This document shows, piece by piece, positions 52,022 through 61,426 of a stretch of 64,000 nucleotides of DNA. The stretch comes from Marinicella sp. Lineage in GTDB: Bacteria; Pseudomonadota; Gammaproteobacteria; Xanthomonadales; Marinicellaceae. The first letter of the stretch is position 1, and every line of letters starts with the position of its first letter. The notes under the pieces were generated by a model. The model ran no database searches. It was not told the origin of the DNA and saw only the letters and a program-made list of their open reading frames with translations. Both the position numbers and the translations under genes were made by a program. The stretch covers positions 384,001-448,000 of the forward strand of contig OZ246001.1 of NCBI GenBank assembly GCA_965230295.1, read 5' to 3'.

Positions 52022-52663
52022 ATGAATAGAATGATATGGTCTCTATTAGGGGTGTTATTACTGACAGCATGTACGACAACAGACCCCTACACAGGTGAAC
52101 AAAAAGTGAGAAAAAGTGTGAAATATGGTGCTGCAGGTGCAGTGATTTGTGGTTTGATTGGAGCCACGAAAAATTCAAAAAATGCACGGAATGCAGCAGC
52201 TGGCTGTGCTGCGATTGGTGCTGGAGTAGGTGCCTATATGGACCACCAGGAAGCTGAACTTAGGCGAGAATTACAAGGCACTGGGGTGCAGGTGGTGCGA
52301 AACGGAGATCAAATTCAATTGATTATGCCCAGTAACATTACCTTTAATACCGACGAATATGCCATCAAAAGTAGTTTTTATCCCAGTCTAAATTCAGTAT
52401 CCAAAGTGTTATACAAATACAAAGACACTGAATTGGATGTGATTGGTCATACAGATTCAGTTGGTGAAGATGCCTACAATCGAGAACTTTCTTATAAACG
52501 CGCTTACAGTGTAGCGGACTACTTGCAAGCTCAGGGGGTTCAGGGCCGCAGGTTGTCGCCAATTGGACTGGGTGAGTCACAACCCATTGCTGACAACAAC
52601 ACCGAACAAGGCAGACGAATAAACAGGCGGGTTGAGCTGTATATTGCAGCACGCACCAACTGA
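52022..52663 (+). CDS. OmpA family lipoprotein (YiaD-like)
   Basis: Lipobox LTAC, glycine zipper, GHTD, NRRVE. Confidence 0.92.
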   Translation: MNRMIWSLLGVLLLTACTTTDPYTGEQKVRKSVKYGAAGAVICGLIGATKNSKNARNAAAGCAAIGAGVGAYMDHQEAELRRELQGTGVQVVRNGDQIQLIMPSNITFNTDEYAIKSSFYPSLNSVSKVLYKYKDTELDVIGHTDSVGEDAYNRELSYKRAYSVADYLQAQGVQGRRLSPIGLGESQPIADNNTEQGRRINRRVELYIAARTN

Positions 52664-52714
52664 ACCTTGATTGCCAGGGCCTGTTAACAATTTTTTAAAT
52701 GGACTTGAATCACT

Positions 52715-52866
52715 TAGGAAAGCTGCTGAGCAGCTTAACCCGCCGAGCCGGTTGGTGAGCTTTGCGAATCAGAGACGAAGAGCGCGAGGTAGCAAGTCAT
52801 GTTCGCTGTGGTCGTTTTCACTTTTGTCAGGAACAAAAGTGAATGAAGCCCCAAGAACATTCCTTA
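52715..52866 (+). repeat. Modular MITE-like intergenic repeat, short copy (152 bp)
   Basis: Colinear with 13751-14173 but lacking three long internal modules. Confidence 0.8.
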
Positions 52867-52882
52867 ATAATTAACCAGGCAC

Positions 52883-52922
52883 AAAAAAAGCTGGCATACT
52901 TGGGTCATGCCAGCTTTTTTTT
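52883..52922. terminator. Bidirectional intrinsic terminator
   Basis: A7-GCTGGCAT...ATGCCAGC-T8 between convergent genes. Confidence 0.85.
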
Positions 52923-52939
52923 ATGCCAACTTAAATGTG

Positions 52940-55819
52940 TTATTTAAACACTTGATCTATGGGAACCACCTTAACTTGATCAGCCTCCAGTTTTAAGGGG
53001 TAATCTTTGATGACTTCATCTTCGGCCAACAGGCTTTCAGGTTTTTCCGAATTGTAAGTCATGGCAGATGTGGTCTCATTCACCAAACGGTCTTTCATGT
53101 CAGTTCCATCGCTGGTGATAAAAACAAATTGAATGTCTTCAGTTTGTAAATGCTTTTTAATCACGGCATTGACTTTCTCAACAGTCAAACCATTCAAGCC
53201 GTCTGTCACCAAATCAACAAAATCCTTGGTGCCATAAAAGTTGCTATCCATGTGATAACCCAACACTCGGTCTTGCCCTTTCAACAACAGCCCAGCGTAT
53301 TTACTCAAAAAGGCTTTGGTGGCAGTGAATTGTTCTTCAGTCATGCCATTTTCTATCAATTTTTCCAGCTCATACATGGCCGTTCTGGTGGCAAAGTGGG
53401 CATCGGTGTTGCTGCGCAATGGACGCAACCAAACTTGGAAAATTTGTTCAGATCGACCCAAATTGGCATTGGGTTGGGTTCTGAACATACCACGAGGGAA
53501 GTATTCGATATAAGCATAGTCCCCGTAGTTCATACCTCGTGCTTCACGAATGCGTTGGTACAAGAATGAGTTTGAGTTCCTGTGCTCTCCTAAAAACGAC
53601 CGCACCAACCACAGAGCCACCCAATCAGGATGCGATCGATTGACTTCAATTGGAAACCCGAAAGATACAGCAGTTGGCATGGTTTGTTTTTCAACAATGG
53701 TGACATGCCGTCCATCAAATTCTGGCGCAGCACCGATCTGAACACGCTCAGCACCTTGTGCCTTCAGCTCATTGGTAACCCTTGCCAACATCATTTCTTT
53801 CAATTCATCGGACAAGTTACCCGTGATTCCAATGTTCAATCGATCTTGGGTCAGTTGTTCTTGGTAAAATTGTTTGACGTCATCCAAAGTAAGGCTCTCC
53901 AGGTCATCAACGTGTCCATAATTAAGAGACTCATATGGGTGGCCCGGGTAAAGCTTTTGGTACAACACCTCTTTACCTAATTCTTCGTCATTGTTTTGTT
54001 TGAGGTCTGTTTGAACGGCATTGATTAATTGAGTCTTGAGTCGTTTGAAATCATCTTCACGAAAACCCGGGTTCAATAGACTGTCCAACACCAAATCCAA
54101 CCACTCACTGGCTTTTTCTCGGTGCACTCGACCAGACATTGAAATCATTTCTTTATCCAATTGAGAAGAAAAATACGCCGCCATGGGCAACATGGCTTTT
54201 TGGATTTCTTTGATCGATTTGGTTGCTGAACCACCATCTGTGATCATGGATGCTGTTAAAGCTGCCAACCCTTTCTTTCCTGCTGGGTCTTCAGCAGCTC
54301 CTGTGTTGAATAAAAAGTTCACATCGACGATATCACTTGAATTGGTCATGTCTGTGACTTGATAAGAGGCTTGCTTGGGTTGTTCAGCGACTTCCACCAG
54401 GTCAGTTAGGCTGAATTCGCGGTTGATGTTATCAACGGCTTCAGTTTGAGCCAAGGTAACCATGATACGACCATCATCTACCAGGTATTGGTTGGCAGCG
54501 GCTTTTACATCTGCTGCAGTGACTTGATCTAACTGGGCATATTGCTGATTGATGAACTCGGGATCCCGGTTGTATTGAACCACTGAGGCCAGCATGTCAC
54601 CAATGGCTTCGGAATTGTCTAAAGCATTGGCAAATCCATACCTGGCCGCCGATTTGATGTCATTCAATTTATTCACATCAGCCACTTCAGTTCTGGCTTT
54701 AACCAAGGTATCCAACATGGCCTTTTGCACTTCAGAATAATGAGCCTGATCGGTCATGCGTGCCAAAATATAGATCAGACCCGGGTCTTTTCTGTCAGGC
54801 GAATAAAAGAACAGGGCATCTGCCAATTGACGACTCACCACCAAATCCTGATAAATGTCAGAATTTTGACCAAAATAAACCTGACCCAGCATGTCGATGG
54901 CCGTTTTATCAATCACAGCAGGATCTGCTGATGGCCCCCTGAAAACCAAACCAAACATGGGCAATGTTTCAGACTCCCATTCAATGTGGTGGTATTGTGT
55001 ACCTGTTGCTGGCGGTTCAACGGGTATCTCAACTTGGTAATTGCCTCGTTTCCACGGACCAAAATATTTTTCAACCAAAGCGTGCGTTGCTTCCACATCC
55101 ACATCCCCTACCACAATCACTGCAGCCTTTTCAGGACGGTACCAGCGATCGAAAAACACATGAGAGTATTCCAATTGGTTAGGCATGTCTTCGATGTCTT
55201 CCAGGAACCCCATAGTGGTGTGCCGGTAAGTGTGCTCAGTAAAAGCATTTTTTCTGACTGTCTCAAATAATTGACTGAATGGGCTGGCACTGTTTTTAAG
55301 ATACTCACCTTTAACAGCCAAAGCTTCGGTTCTGAATTGTGCTTCCGAATATTTTAAGTTTTGAAATCGATCAGCTTCGAGCATCAACATACGCTCTAAG
55401 TCTTCATTGATGAATGTCACGTGGTAATTGGTGTAGTCATCAGTGGTGTAAGCATTTTGATCAGCCCCCACCTCTTTTAATAAAGCACCATATTCCTCCT
55501 GACTGTAATTTTCAGTACCGCGAAACATCATGTGCTCAAAAAAATGTGCGAAACCAGATTTACCGGGTTCAACTTCATTCCTCGAACCTGTTTGAACCGG
55601 AATCTGTAATGAAACCACACCCGGGTAGTCAGTTTTGACCACAATGACTTTCAAGCCATTGGCCAATTCTCGCATGTCATAGGGTTGGGTAAACACCCGT
55701 ACATCTGTCGTTTGCTTCTTGTTTTGTGTATTGGCTTCATTGACTTCTTTGAGGTGCTTGGTAGGCGCACATGCCGTAACCAAGGCAAAAGTGAACAAAG
55801 TGATCAGTGTTCTTTTCAT
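52940..55819 (-). CDS. M16 (pitrilysin-family) zinc protease lipoprotein
   Basis: Lipobox VTAC, inverted zinc motif HFFEH, NAYTTDDYTNY; two fused M16 halves. Confidence 0.92.
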   Translation of the reverse strand: MKRTLITLFTFALVTACAPTKHLKEVNEANTQNKKQTTDVRVFTQPYDMRELANGLKVIVVKTDYPGVVSLQIPVQTGSRNEVEPGKSGFAHFFEHMMFRGTENYSQEEYGALLKEVGADQNAYTTDDYTNYHVTFINEDLERMLMLEADRFQNLKYSEAQFRTEALAVKGEYLKNSASPFSQLFETVRKNAFTEHTYRHTTMGFLEDIEDMPNQLEYSHVFFDRWYRPEKAAVIVVGDVDVEATHALVEKYFGPWKRGNYQVEIPVEPPATGTQYHHIEWESETLPMFGLVFRGPSADPAVIDKTAIDMLGQVYFGQNSDIYQDLVVSRQLADALFFYSPDRKDPGLIYILARMTDQAHYSEVQKAMLDTLVKARTEVADVNKLNDIKSAARYGFANALDNSEAIGDMLASVVQYNRDPEFINQQYAQLDQVTAADVKAAANQYLVDDGRIMVTLAQTEAVDNINREFSLTDLVEVAEQPKQASYQVTDMTNSSDIVDVNFLFNTGAAEDPAGKKGLAALTASMITDGGSATKSIKEIQKAMLPMAAYFSSQLDKEMISMSGRVHREKASEWLDLVLDSLLNPGFREDDFKRLKTQLINAVQTDLKQNNDEELGKEVLYQKLYPGHPYESLNYGHVDDLESLTLDDVKQFYQEQLTQDRLNIGITGNLSDELKEMMLARVTNELKAQGAERVQIGAAPEFDGRHVTIVEKQTMPTAVSFGFPIEVNRSHPDWVALWLVRSFLGEHRNSNSFLYQRIREARGMNYGDYAYIEYFPRGMFRTQPNANLGRSEQIFQVWLRPLRSNTDAHFATRTAMYELEKLIENGMTEEQFTATKAFLSKYAGLLLKGQDRVLGYHMDSNFYGTKDFVDLVTDGLNGLTVEKVNAVIKKHLQTEDIQFVFITSDGTDMKDRLVNETTSAMTYNSEKPESLLAEDEVIKDYPLKLEADQVKVVPIDQVFK

Positions 55820-56100
55820 AAATTCATACCTGCCGTAATCATAATTTAATATTGGCTGCTGTGTTCACAGCCTTGTCCCGTGTCTAGCTGATTTATTCAG
55901 TCTTTGTTATTCAGATTGATCAATAACAGTCAAAATAAATGGGTCGTCTTTACCAATATTCAAGGTCCAAAGCAGTAAACGATTAAAACAGCATTAACCC
56001 AATTGAAACGCATTAAAGCCATTAAAGTTACAGACTGTGATTTGGACTGCACAACTATCGGGTATAATGACGCCTTTGTGTAACTTCTTTACATCTTCCA

Positions 56101-57021
56101 ATGAGTGAAATGAAACTTGCAAAAGTGATTGTCTATGGCTTGGGTGCCATGGGTCGACCGATGGCCAGAAATTTACATGACCAAGGGCTGCTGTTGGGTG
56201 TCAAAAATCGCACAGAAGGTAAAACCACAGCCATTATGAACGAATTGAATTTGCCCGAATTCGAAGACGATGAGGACATGTTTGGTCAAGCCGATTGTGT
56301 GCTCACCTGTGTTTCCGCCGATGATGACTTAAAAACGGTGGTTCATGATTTCATCGGTTGGTTACAACCTGGCTCTGTGGTTATTGATTGTTCTACAGTC
56401 AGTCCAAACACAGCCAGGACCCTGGCTGATGACTTGGCATCAAAAGGTGTTAGCTTCATTGATGCGCCCGTTTCAGGTGGTGTTGAAGGTGCCAAGAAAG
56501 GCTCCTTATCAATCATGGTTGGTGCCGAACGGGAACAATACAAAAGGGCTTCCAATGTATTTGCTGCCATTGGCAGTCAAATCACCCACATGGGTCGAGT
56601 TGGACAAGGTCAAGCCACCAAGGCCGTCAATCAGGTGATGGTTGCCGGGGTGGCACAGGCCGTCTGTTCAGCCTTGGCCATGGCCGAGCAATGCAACTTA
56701 GATTTGAAAAAAACCATTGAGGTACTCAGCGCTGGTGCGGCGGGGAATTGGTTTTTAGATAACCGTGGTAACACCATGGTGAACAATGAATTCAATGTCG
56801 GATTTAAACTGAACTTGCTCCACAAAGATTTAAAAATTTGCCAATCCACTTTGGCTGAATTGGGTGCCAGTATGCCTTTGGTTGAAAGCAGTATTGAAGA
56901 ATATGCGGCCTTGATGGCCATGGATTATGGTGAGGAAGACATTTCTGCCTTAATCAGGTTAAAAAGAACTTTGTTTTTAAACAACAAAAGCCCATCCAAA
57001 GGAGGCAAATCAGATGAATGA
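56101..57021 (+). CDS. NAD(P)-dependent oxidoreductase, beta-hydroxyacid dehydrogenase family
   Basis: GLGAMG, DAPVSGG, KAVNQ, KDL. Confidence 0.9.
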   Translation: MSEMKLAKVIVYGLGAMGRPMARNLHDQGLLLGVKNRTEGKTTAIMNELNLPEFEDDEDMFGQADCVLTCVSADDDLKTVVHDFIGWLQPGSVVIDCSTVSPNTARTLADDLASKGVSFIDAPVSGGVEGAKKGSLSIMVGAEREQYKRASNVFAAIGSQITHMGRVGQGQATKAVNQVMVAGVAQAVCSALAMAEQCNLDLKKTIEVLSAGAAGNWFLDNRGNTMVNNEFNVGFKLNLLHKDLKICQSTLAELGASMPLVESSIEEYAALMAMDYGEEDISALIRLKRTLFLNNKSPSKGGKSDE

Positions 57022-57760
57022 CAAGACCACTCATTTCGGCTTTAAGGAAGTCGCCACCGATGAAAAAGAGAAAATGGTCGGCAAAGTTTTCACTTCAGTG
57101 GCTGCCAAATATGACTTGATGAATGACATGATGTCTGGGGGTGTACACAGGTTGTGGAAACGCCACTTTGTCGCAACCAGTGGTATACACGAGGGTGATT
57201 TGGTATTGGATTTAGCCGGAGGAACAGGTGACATTGCCAAACTGCTGATGCCACAAATTGGACACAAGGGTAAGGTCATCATCGGAGACATCAATCAGGC
57301 CATGTTAGATGTCGGTCAAGATCGCATGATAGATGCAGGATTTTTTGGGCGTTTTGAATGCCAGCAAATGAATGCCGAAAAGCTGCCTTTTGAAGACAAC
57401 TCAATTGATGCCATCACCATGGCTTTTGGTCTGAGAAATGTCACCAACAAGCAACAAGCGCTGAATGAAATGCACCGAGTTCTCAAACCAAGTGGCAAAG
57501 CACTGGTTTTGGAATTTTCCAAGGTAAACAACAGCCTGTTAAAACAACTGTACAACTTCTATTCATTCAAAATCCTGCCGGAAATCGGACATTTTGTGGC
57601 CAATGACAGAGACTCTTACCAGTATCTGGTTGAGTCCATAGAAAAACACCCTGATCAAGACACTTTACAAAGCATGTTTGAACAAGCCGGTTTAGAAATG
57701 TGTGGTTATGAAAATCTGTCAGGAGGTATTGTTGCCATCCACAAAGGATACAAATTATGA
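57014..57760 (+). CDS. ubiE: Ubiquinone/menaquinone C-methyltransferase
   Basis: THFGF, YDLMND, DLAGGTGD, FGLRNV, YLVESI. Confidence 0.97.
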   Translation: MNDKTTHFGFKEVATDEKEKMVGKVFTSVAAKYDLMNDMMSGGVHRLWKRHFVATSGIHEGDLVLDLAGGTGDIAKLLMPQIGHKGKVIIGDINQAMLDVGQDRMIDAGFFGRFECQQMNAEKLPFEDNSIDAITMAFGLRNVTNKQQALNEMHRVLKPSGKALVLEFSKVNNSLLKQLYNFYSFKILPEIGHFVANDRDSYQYLVESIEKHPDQDTLQSMFEQAGLEMCGYENLSGGIVAIHKGYKL

Positions 57761-58353
57761 CTGCTGCTGTTTCTCCACTTTCAAGGATCATGACATCTGC
57801 CATTCAGAAGATGATTAAATATGACCCTCAAGCCATACAAAAACTCAAACCATTGGCCGGGAAAAAAGTTAAGGTCAACATCCAACCCATCGACCAAGCA
57901 TTGATTTTAGTGATTCATGAAGACACCATTTCAATCAGTACCGACGCTGAGATGGATGTCGACACCACCATCAGTGGTAAACCCTCTGCCCTGTTTGCCA
58001 TGAGCACCAATCAACACATCCCCGGCTTAGATGGGGTCACCATCAATGGCGATGCCACAACAGGGCAATTCATCGCTGATTTTTTGAAACAGCTCAGCCC
58101 CGATTGGGAAGACGCCTGGTGCGATTTATTAGGTGAAGGGCCAGGATATCAAGTCTCAGAATTCCTAAAAACCATTAAAAATGCAGGACAAAGCCTGTTT
58201 TCATCCTTGCAACAAAGCGGGAAGGAATATTTGTTAGAAGAAAATCGTGAACTGGTATCACCACATGAAATGGAAGCTTTCTTAGACGAAGTCGATGACC
58301 TGCGTTCTGATGTGACCCGCATTGAGCGCAAGATTCAACAATTACACAGCTGA
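57757..58353 (+). CDS. ubiJ: Ubiquinone biosynthesis accessory factor (SCP2 domain)
   Basis: Between ubiE and ubiB; DWED, EYLLEE, VDDLRSDV. Confidence 0.88.
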   Translation: MTAAVSPLSRIMTSAIQKMIKYDPQAIQKLKPLAGKKVKVNIQPIDQALILVIHEDTISISTDAEMDVDTTISGKPSALFAMSTNQHIPGLDGVTINGDATTGQFIADFLKQLSPDWEDAWCDLLGEGPGYQVSEFLKTIKNAGQSLFSSLQQSGKEYLLEENRELVSPHEMEAFLDEVDDLRSDVTRIERKIQQLHS

Positions 58354-58369
58354 TTCCCAACTTGAAACC

Positions 58370-60004
58370 ATGAAAACATTCCGGTTAATAAAAATAGCAC
58401 ATACCCTGGCTGCTTATCGTTTGACCAATTTGGTTGGTGGTAAAGGCATCAATTTTTTCAGCATGATCAACGTCCTTTCTCCTTGGGGTCGTCGTGGCTT
58501 GAAAAACATGACTGATGGTCAACGTGTTCGTGGTGCTCTGGAATCATTGGGTCCCATTTTTATTAAGCTGGGACAGACTTTATCCACCAGGCCTGATTTA
58601 ATCCCGGTTGAAATTGCCCAGGCCTTGGAAAAACTCCAAGACGATGTGGAACCCATCAGTTGGGAAGAAGCCAAAGGGGTGGTTAAGAACCAATTGCCAG
58701 AAAAATTATTGGCAGAATTCGCCCATGTTGACGAACAAGCACTGGCATCCGCATCGATAGCCCAGGTCCATGCCGCCACCTTAAAAAATGGTGATGAGGT
58801 GGTGATCAAAGTGTTGCGCCCTGGTATTGGTAAAAAAATCAAAAGGGACGTTCAACTGATGCATGCCTTGGCGTCTTTGGCCAAAAAACACCTCAATCCC
58901 GGTGTACAGGTCGATCCGACTGAAATAGTCAGTGAGTTTGAAAAAACCATCTATGATGAGTTGGACTTACAACGCGAAGCCGCCAATGCCTCGGTTCTGA
59001 AGAAAAACTTTAAAAATTCTAAAGACCTTTACATCCCTAAAATTTACTGGGACTTTTGTAAAGAAAAAGTCATGGTACAAGAACGCATCCATGGCATTTC
59101 CATCAAGGATTTTGAAGGACTCAAAGCTGCAGGTATCAACCTGCCTAAACTGGCTGAAAAAGGCATCAAAATCTTTTACACCCAGGTCTTCAGGGATAAC
59201 TTTTTTCATGCGGATATGCACCCTGGCAATATATTCATCAGCAACGAAAATCCAGAGGACCCTAAGATTTTGCTGTTGGACTTTGGAATTTGTGGCTCAT
59301 TGCCCAAAGGTCATCGGGTTGATTTGGCCAATAATTTCATGGCCTTTTTCAAGCAAGACTACCGACGCGTGGCTGAATTACACATCGAAGCAGGTTGGGT
59401 GCCTGCTGACACCAACCTGGAGGACTTGGAAGCCGCCACCAGAACCATTTGTGAACCTTATATGGCCAGACCCATTGAAGAAATTTCATTTGGTGAGGTG
59501 ATGCTGAAAACCTTCCAAATGGCCAAACGCTTTAAGCTCATCATTCAACCTGAATTGATCTTGTTACAAAAAACCCTGCTCAATATTGAAGGGCTGGGAC
59601 GCCAACTGTACCCACAACTAGATATCTGGCAATTGTCAGAACCCATATTGCGTGACATCATGCGCGATCATTACGGCCCACAACAATCCATGGAAAAATT
59701 CAAAGAATCCTTACCCAAATGGATCGAACAAGCCGCCGAAGCACCGATGTTGATGCACCAACTGCTCTCACAAAGGGTTAAGCCACTACCCAGACACTTG
59801 AAAATCGCCCAAGAACAACAAAAACAAGCCGCTTTGAATGAAAGCAAAAAGAACCGCTATGCCATTCTGACCATGGGTGGCCTCGTTGCTACTGCCGTGC
59901 TCTATGCCCTGGATGAAACAAGTTCTTGGTTGACCGGCATCCCAAATTCAGCCTTGATAAGCAGTGGTTTAACAACTTTGTTGCTCTGGAAAACATTGAA
60001 ATAA
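58370..60004 (+). CDS. ubiB: Ubiquinone biosynthesis kinase-like protein
   Basis: LGPIFIKLGQ, ASASIAQVH, FFHADMHPGN, DFG; start MKTFR (track 58322). Confidence 0.95.
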   Translation: MKTFRLIKIAHTLAAYRLTNLVGGKGINFFSMINVLSPWGRRGLKNMTDGQRVRGALESLGPIFIKLGQTLSTRPDLIPVEIAQALEKLQDDVEPISWEEAKGVVKNQLPEKLLAEFAHVDEQALASASIAQVHAATLKNGDEVVIKVLRPGIGKKIKRDVQLMHALASLAKKHLNPGVQVDPTEIVSEFEKTIYDELDLQREAANASVLKKNFKNSKDLYIPKIYWDFCKEKVMVQERIHGISIKDFEGLKAAGINLPKLAEKGIKIFYTQVFRDNFFHADMHPGNIFISNENPEDPKILLLDFGICGSLPKGHRVDLANNFMAFFKQDYRRVAELHIEAGWVPADTNLEDLEAATRTICEPYMARPIEEISFGEVMLKTFQMAKRFKLIIQPELILLQKTLLNIEGLGRQLYPQLDIWQLSEPILRDIMRDHYGPQQSMEKFKESLPKWIEQAAEAPMLMHQLLSQRVKPLPRHLKIAQEQQKQAALNESKKNRYAILTMGGLVATAVLYALDETSSWLTGIPNSALISSGLTTLLLWKTLK

Positions 60005-60044
60005 GCCCTCAAGCATGTGGATTAACAACCACAAGCACAATCTC

Positions 60045-60086
60045 TTGACCTTTATCAATGCATCAGGCCATTGCAAGTGATATGCT
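60045..60086 (+). promoter_or_regulatory. FNR/Anr-type box with an extended -10
   Basis: TTGACCTTTATCAA (60045-60058) versus consensus TTGAT-N4-ATCAA; TGaTATGCT at 60078-60086. Confidence 0.65.
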
Positions 60087-60116
60087 TATATTAAGTCAAT
60101 TGTTTTGGAGTATCAC

Positions 60117-60557
60117 ATGTCTCTATATAACAACACCATTGTCGCCATTGACCCTTGTGTGGATTCAGATGATTTGATTAAAAAAGCCATCGCCATCACC
60201 CATGAACGAAGCAACATCACTTTGGTTCATGTGATGGAAATCATGTGTGCCTTGCCAACAGCACCTTATGCGCCAGTGGTGATTGATACCAGCCAAATAG
60301 AATCTCAAGTCAAAACATCTGCCAACAACCACCTCAAAGGCTTGATCGAAAAACACCAACTAGACGACGATGCATACCGCATCCTGTCAGGCAGCACAGC
60401 AGCAGAAATTAAGAATTATGCTGAAGAACAAGACTGTGACGCCATCGTCATTGGTTCACATGGCCGCCATGGCTTGGGTTTGTTGTTGGGGTCTACATCA
60501 AGCGGTGTTATACATGGTTGTGGCTGTGATGTTTTGGTGGTCCGGTTGAAAGAATAA
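60117..60557 (+). CDS. Universal stress protein
   Basis: IVAID, LVHV, VIGSHGRHG, LLGST; ATG after GGAG (track 60105). Confidence 0.93.
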   Translation: MSLYNNTIVAIDPCVDSDDLIKKAIAITHERSNITLVHVMEIMCALPTAPYAPVVIDTSQIESQVKTSANNHLKGLIEKHQLDDDAYRILSGSTAAEIKNYAEEQDCDAIVIGSHGRHGLGLLLGSTSSGVIHGCGCDVLVVRLKE

Positions 60558-60643
60558 CCAACCTCTATCGCTGGCATGCTTTCCAGTGGGTATTTGATCA
60601 CGGATGCGCTAAAATATATTTTCAATCAGACACAGTTAATGCG

Positions 60644-61414
60644 TTGAAAATTACCAAAGTACTCAGTTATAACATTCACCGTGCCATAGGTATGGACCGC
60701 AAATTTGCACCTGAAAGAATCATCAAAATCCTCAACACTTTAGATGCTGATGTGGTGCTGTTACAAGAAGTGGATGAAGGCGTGCCGCGTTCAAATGAAC
60801 TCAATCTGGCCAAAGAGCTGGCTGAAAGCTGTGGGTATCCACACTACGCACTCAGTCACAATGTGACACTTAAAAAAGGCCAGTATGGCAATGCCACATT
60901 AAGCCGCCTGCCTATTGTCAGACAAAGCAACATTGATCTGACTGTCGAAGACAAGAAACGGCGTGGTTGTCAGCACACCACCATTCAAATCAGTGAATCA
61001 AAGACCGACTTTCAGTACATGGAAGTTTTTAATTTACACTTGGGATTGTCTGCCAAAGAACGTCAGAAACAGGCAGGCATCTTGTTCAAGTCACCTGAAT
61101 TTACCCAAATAAACATCAAGCAACCATGCATCATTGGTGGCGACTTCAACGATTGGCGATCCATGCTCAGGGCTTTGTTTATCATAGGTAAAGATTTTCA
61201 GTGTGCCACGGATCGCACATCTTTCAGAGGCAACGAGGTGGCCCTGAAAACATTCCCTTCTTTTGCGCCCAGAGGTGGATTGGATCGCATTTACTACCGC
61301 GGCAACATGCACTGTACCCATGTCTCCAGCACCAAAATGAAATTGGCCAGGGTGGCCAGCGATCATTTACCAGTGATAGCCAGTTTTGAGTTAAATGGCG
61401 AAGAGTTCAGTTAA
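60644..61414 (+). CDS. Endonuclease/exonuclease/phosphatase family protein (YbhP-like)
   Basis: SYNIH, LQEV, GDFN, LDRIY, SDHLP. Confidence 0.92.
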   Translation: MKITKVLSYNIHRAIGMDRKFAPERIIKILNTLDADVVLLQEVDEGVPRSNELNLAKELAESCGYPHYALSHNVTLKKGQYGNATLSRLPIVRQSNIDLTVEDKKRRGCQHTTIQISESKTDFQYMEVFNLHLGLSAKERQKQAGILFKSPEFTQINIKQPCIIGGDFNDWRSMLRALFIIGKDFQCATDRTSFRGNEVALKTFPSFAPRGGLDRIYYRGNMHCTHVSSTKMKLARVASDHLPVIASFELNGEEFS

Positions 61415-61426
61415 CAGAAAAAAGGA

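Noticed and set aside
52677-52882. GGGCCTGTTAACA...TTAACCAGGCAC flanking the short repeat, resembling IS5-type ends
   Set aside because: The match is short and gapped, there is no target duplication, and it is absent around the long copy
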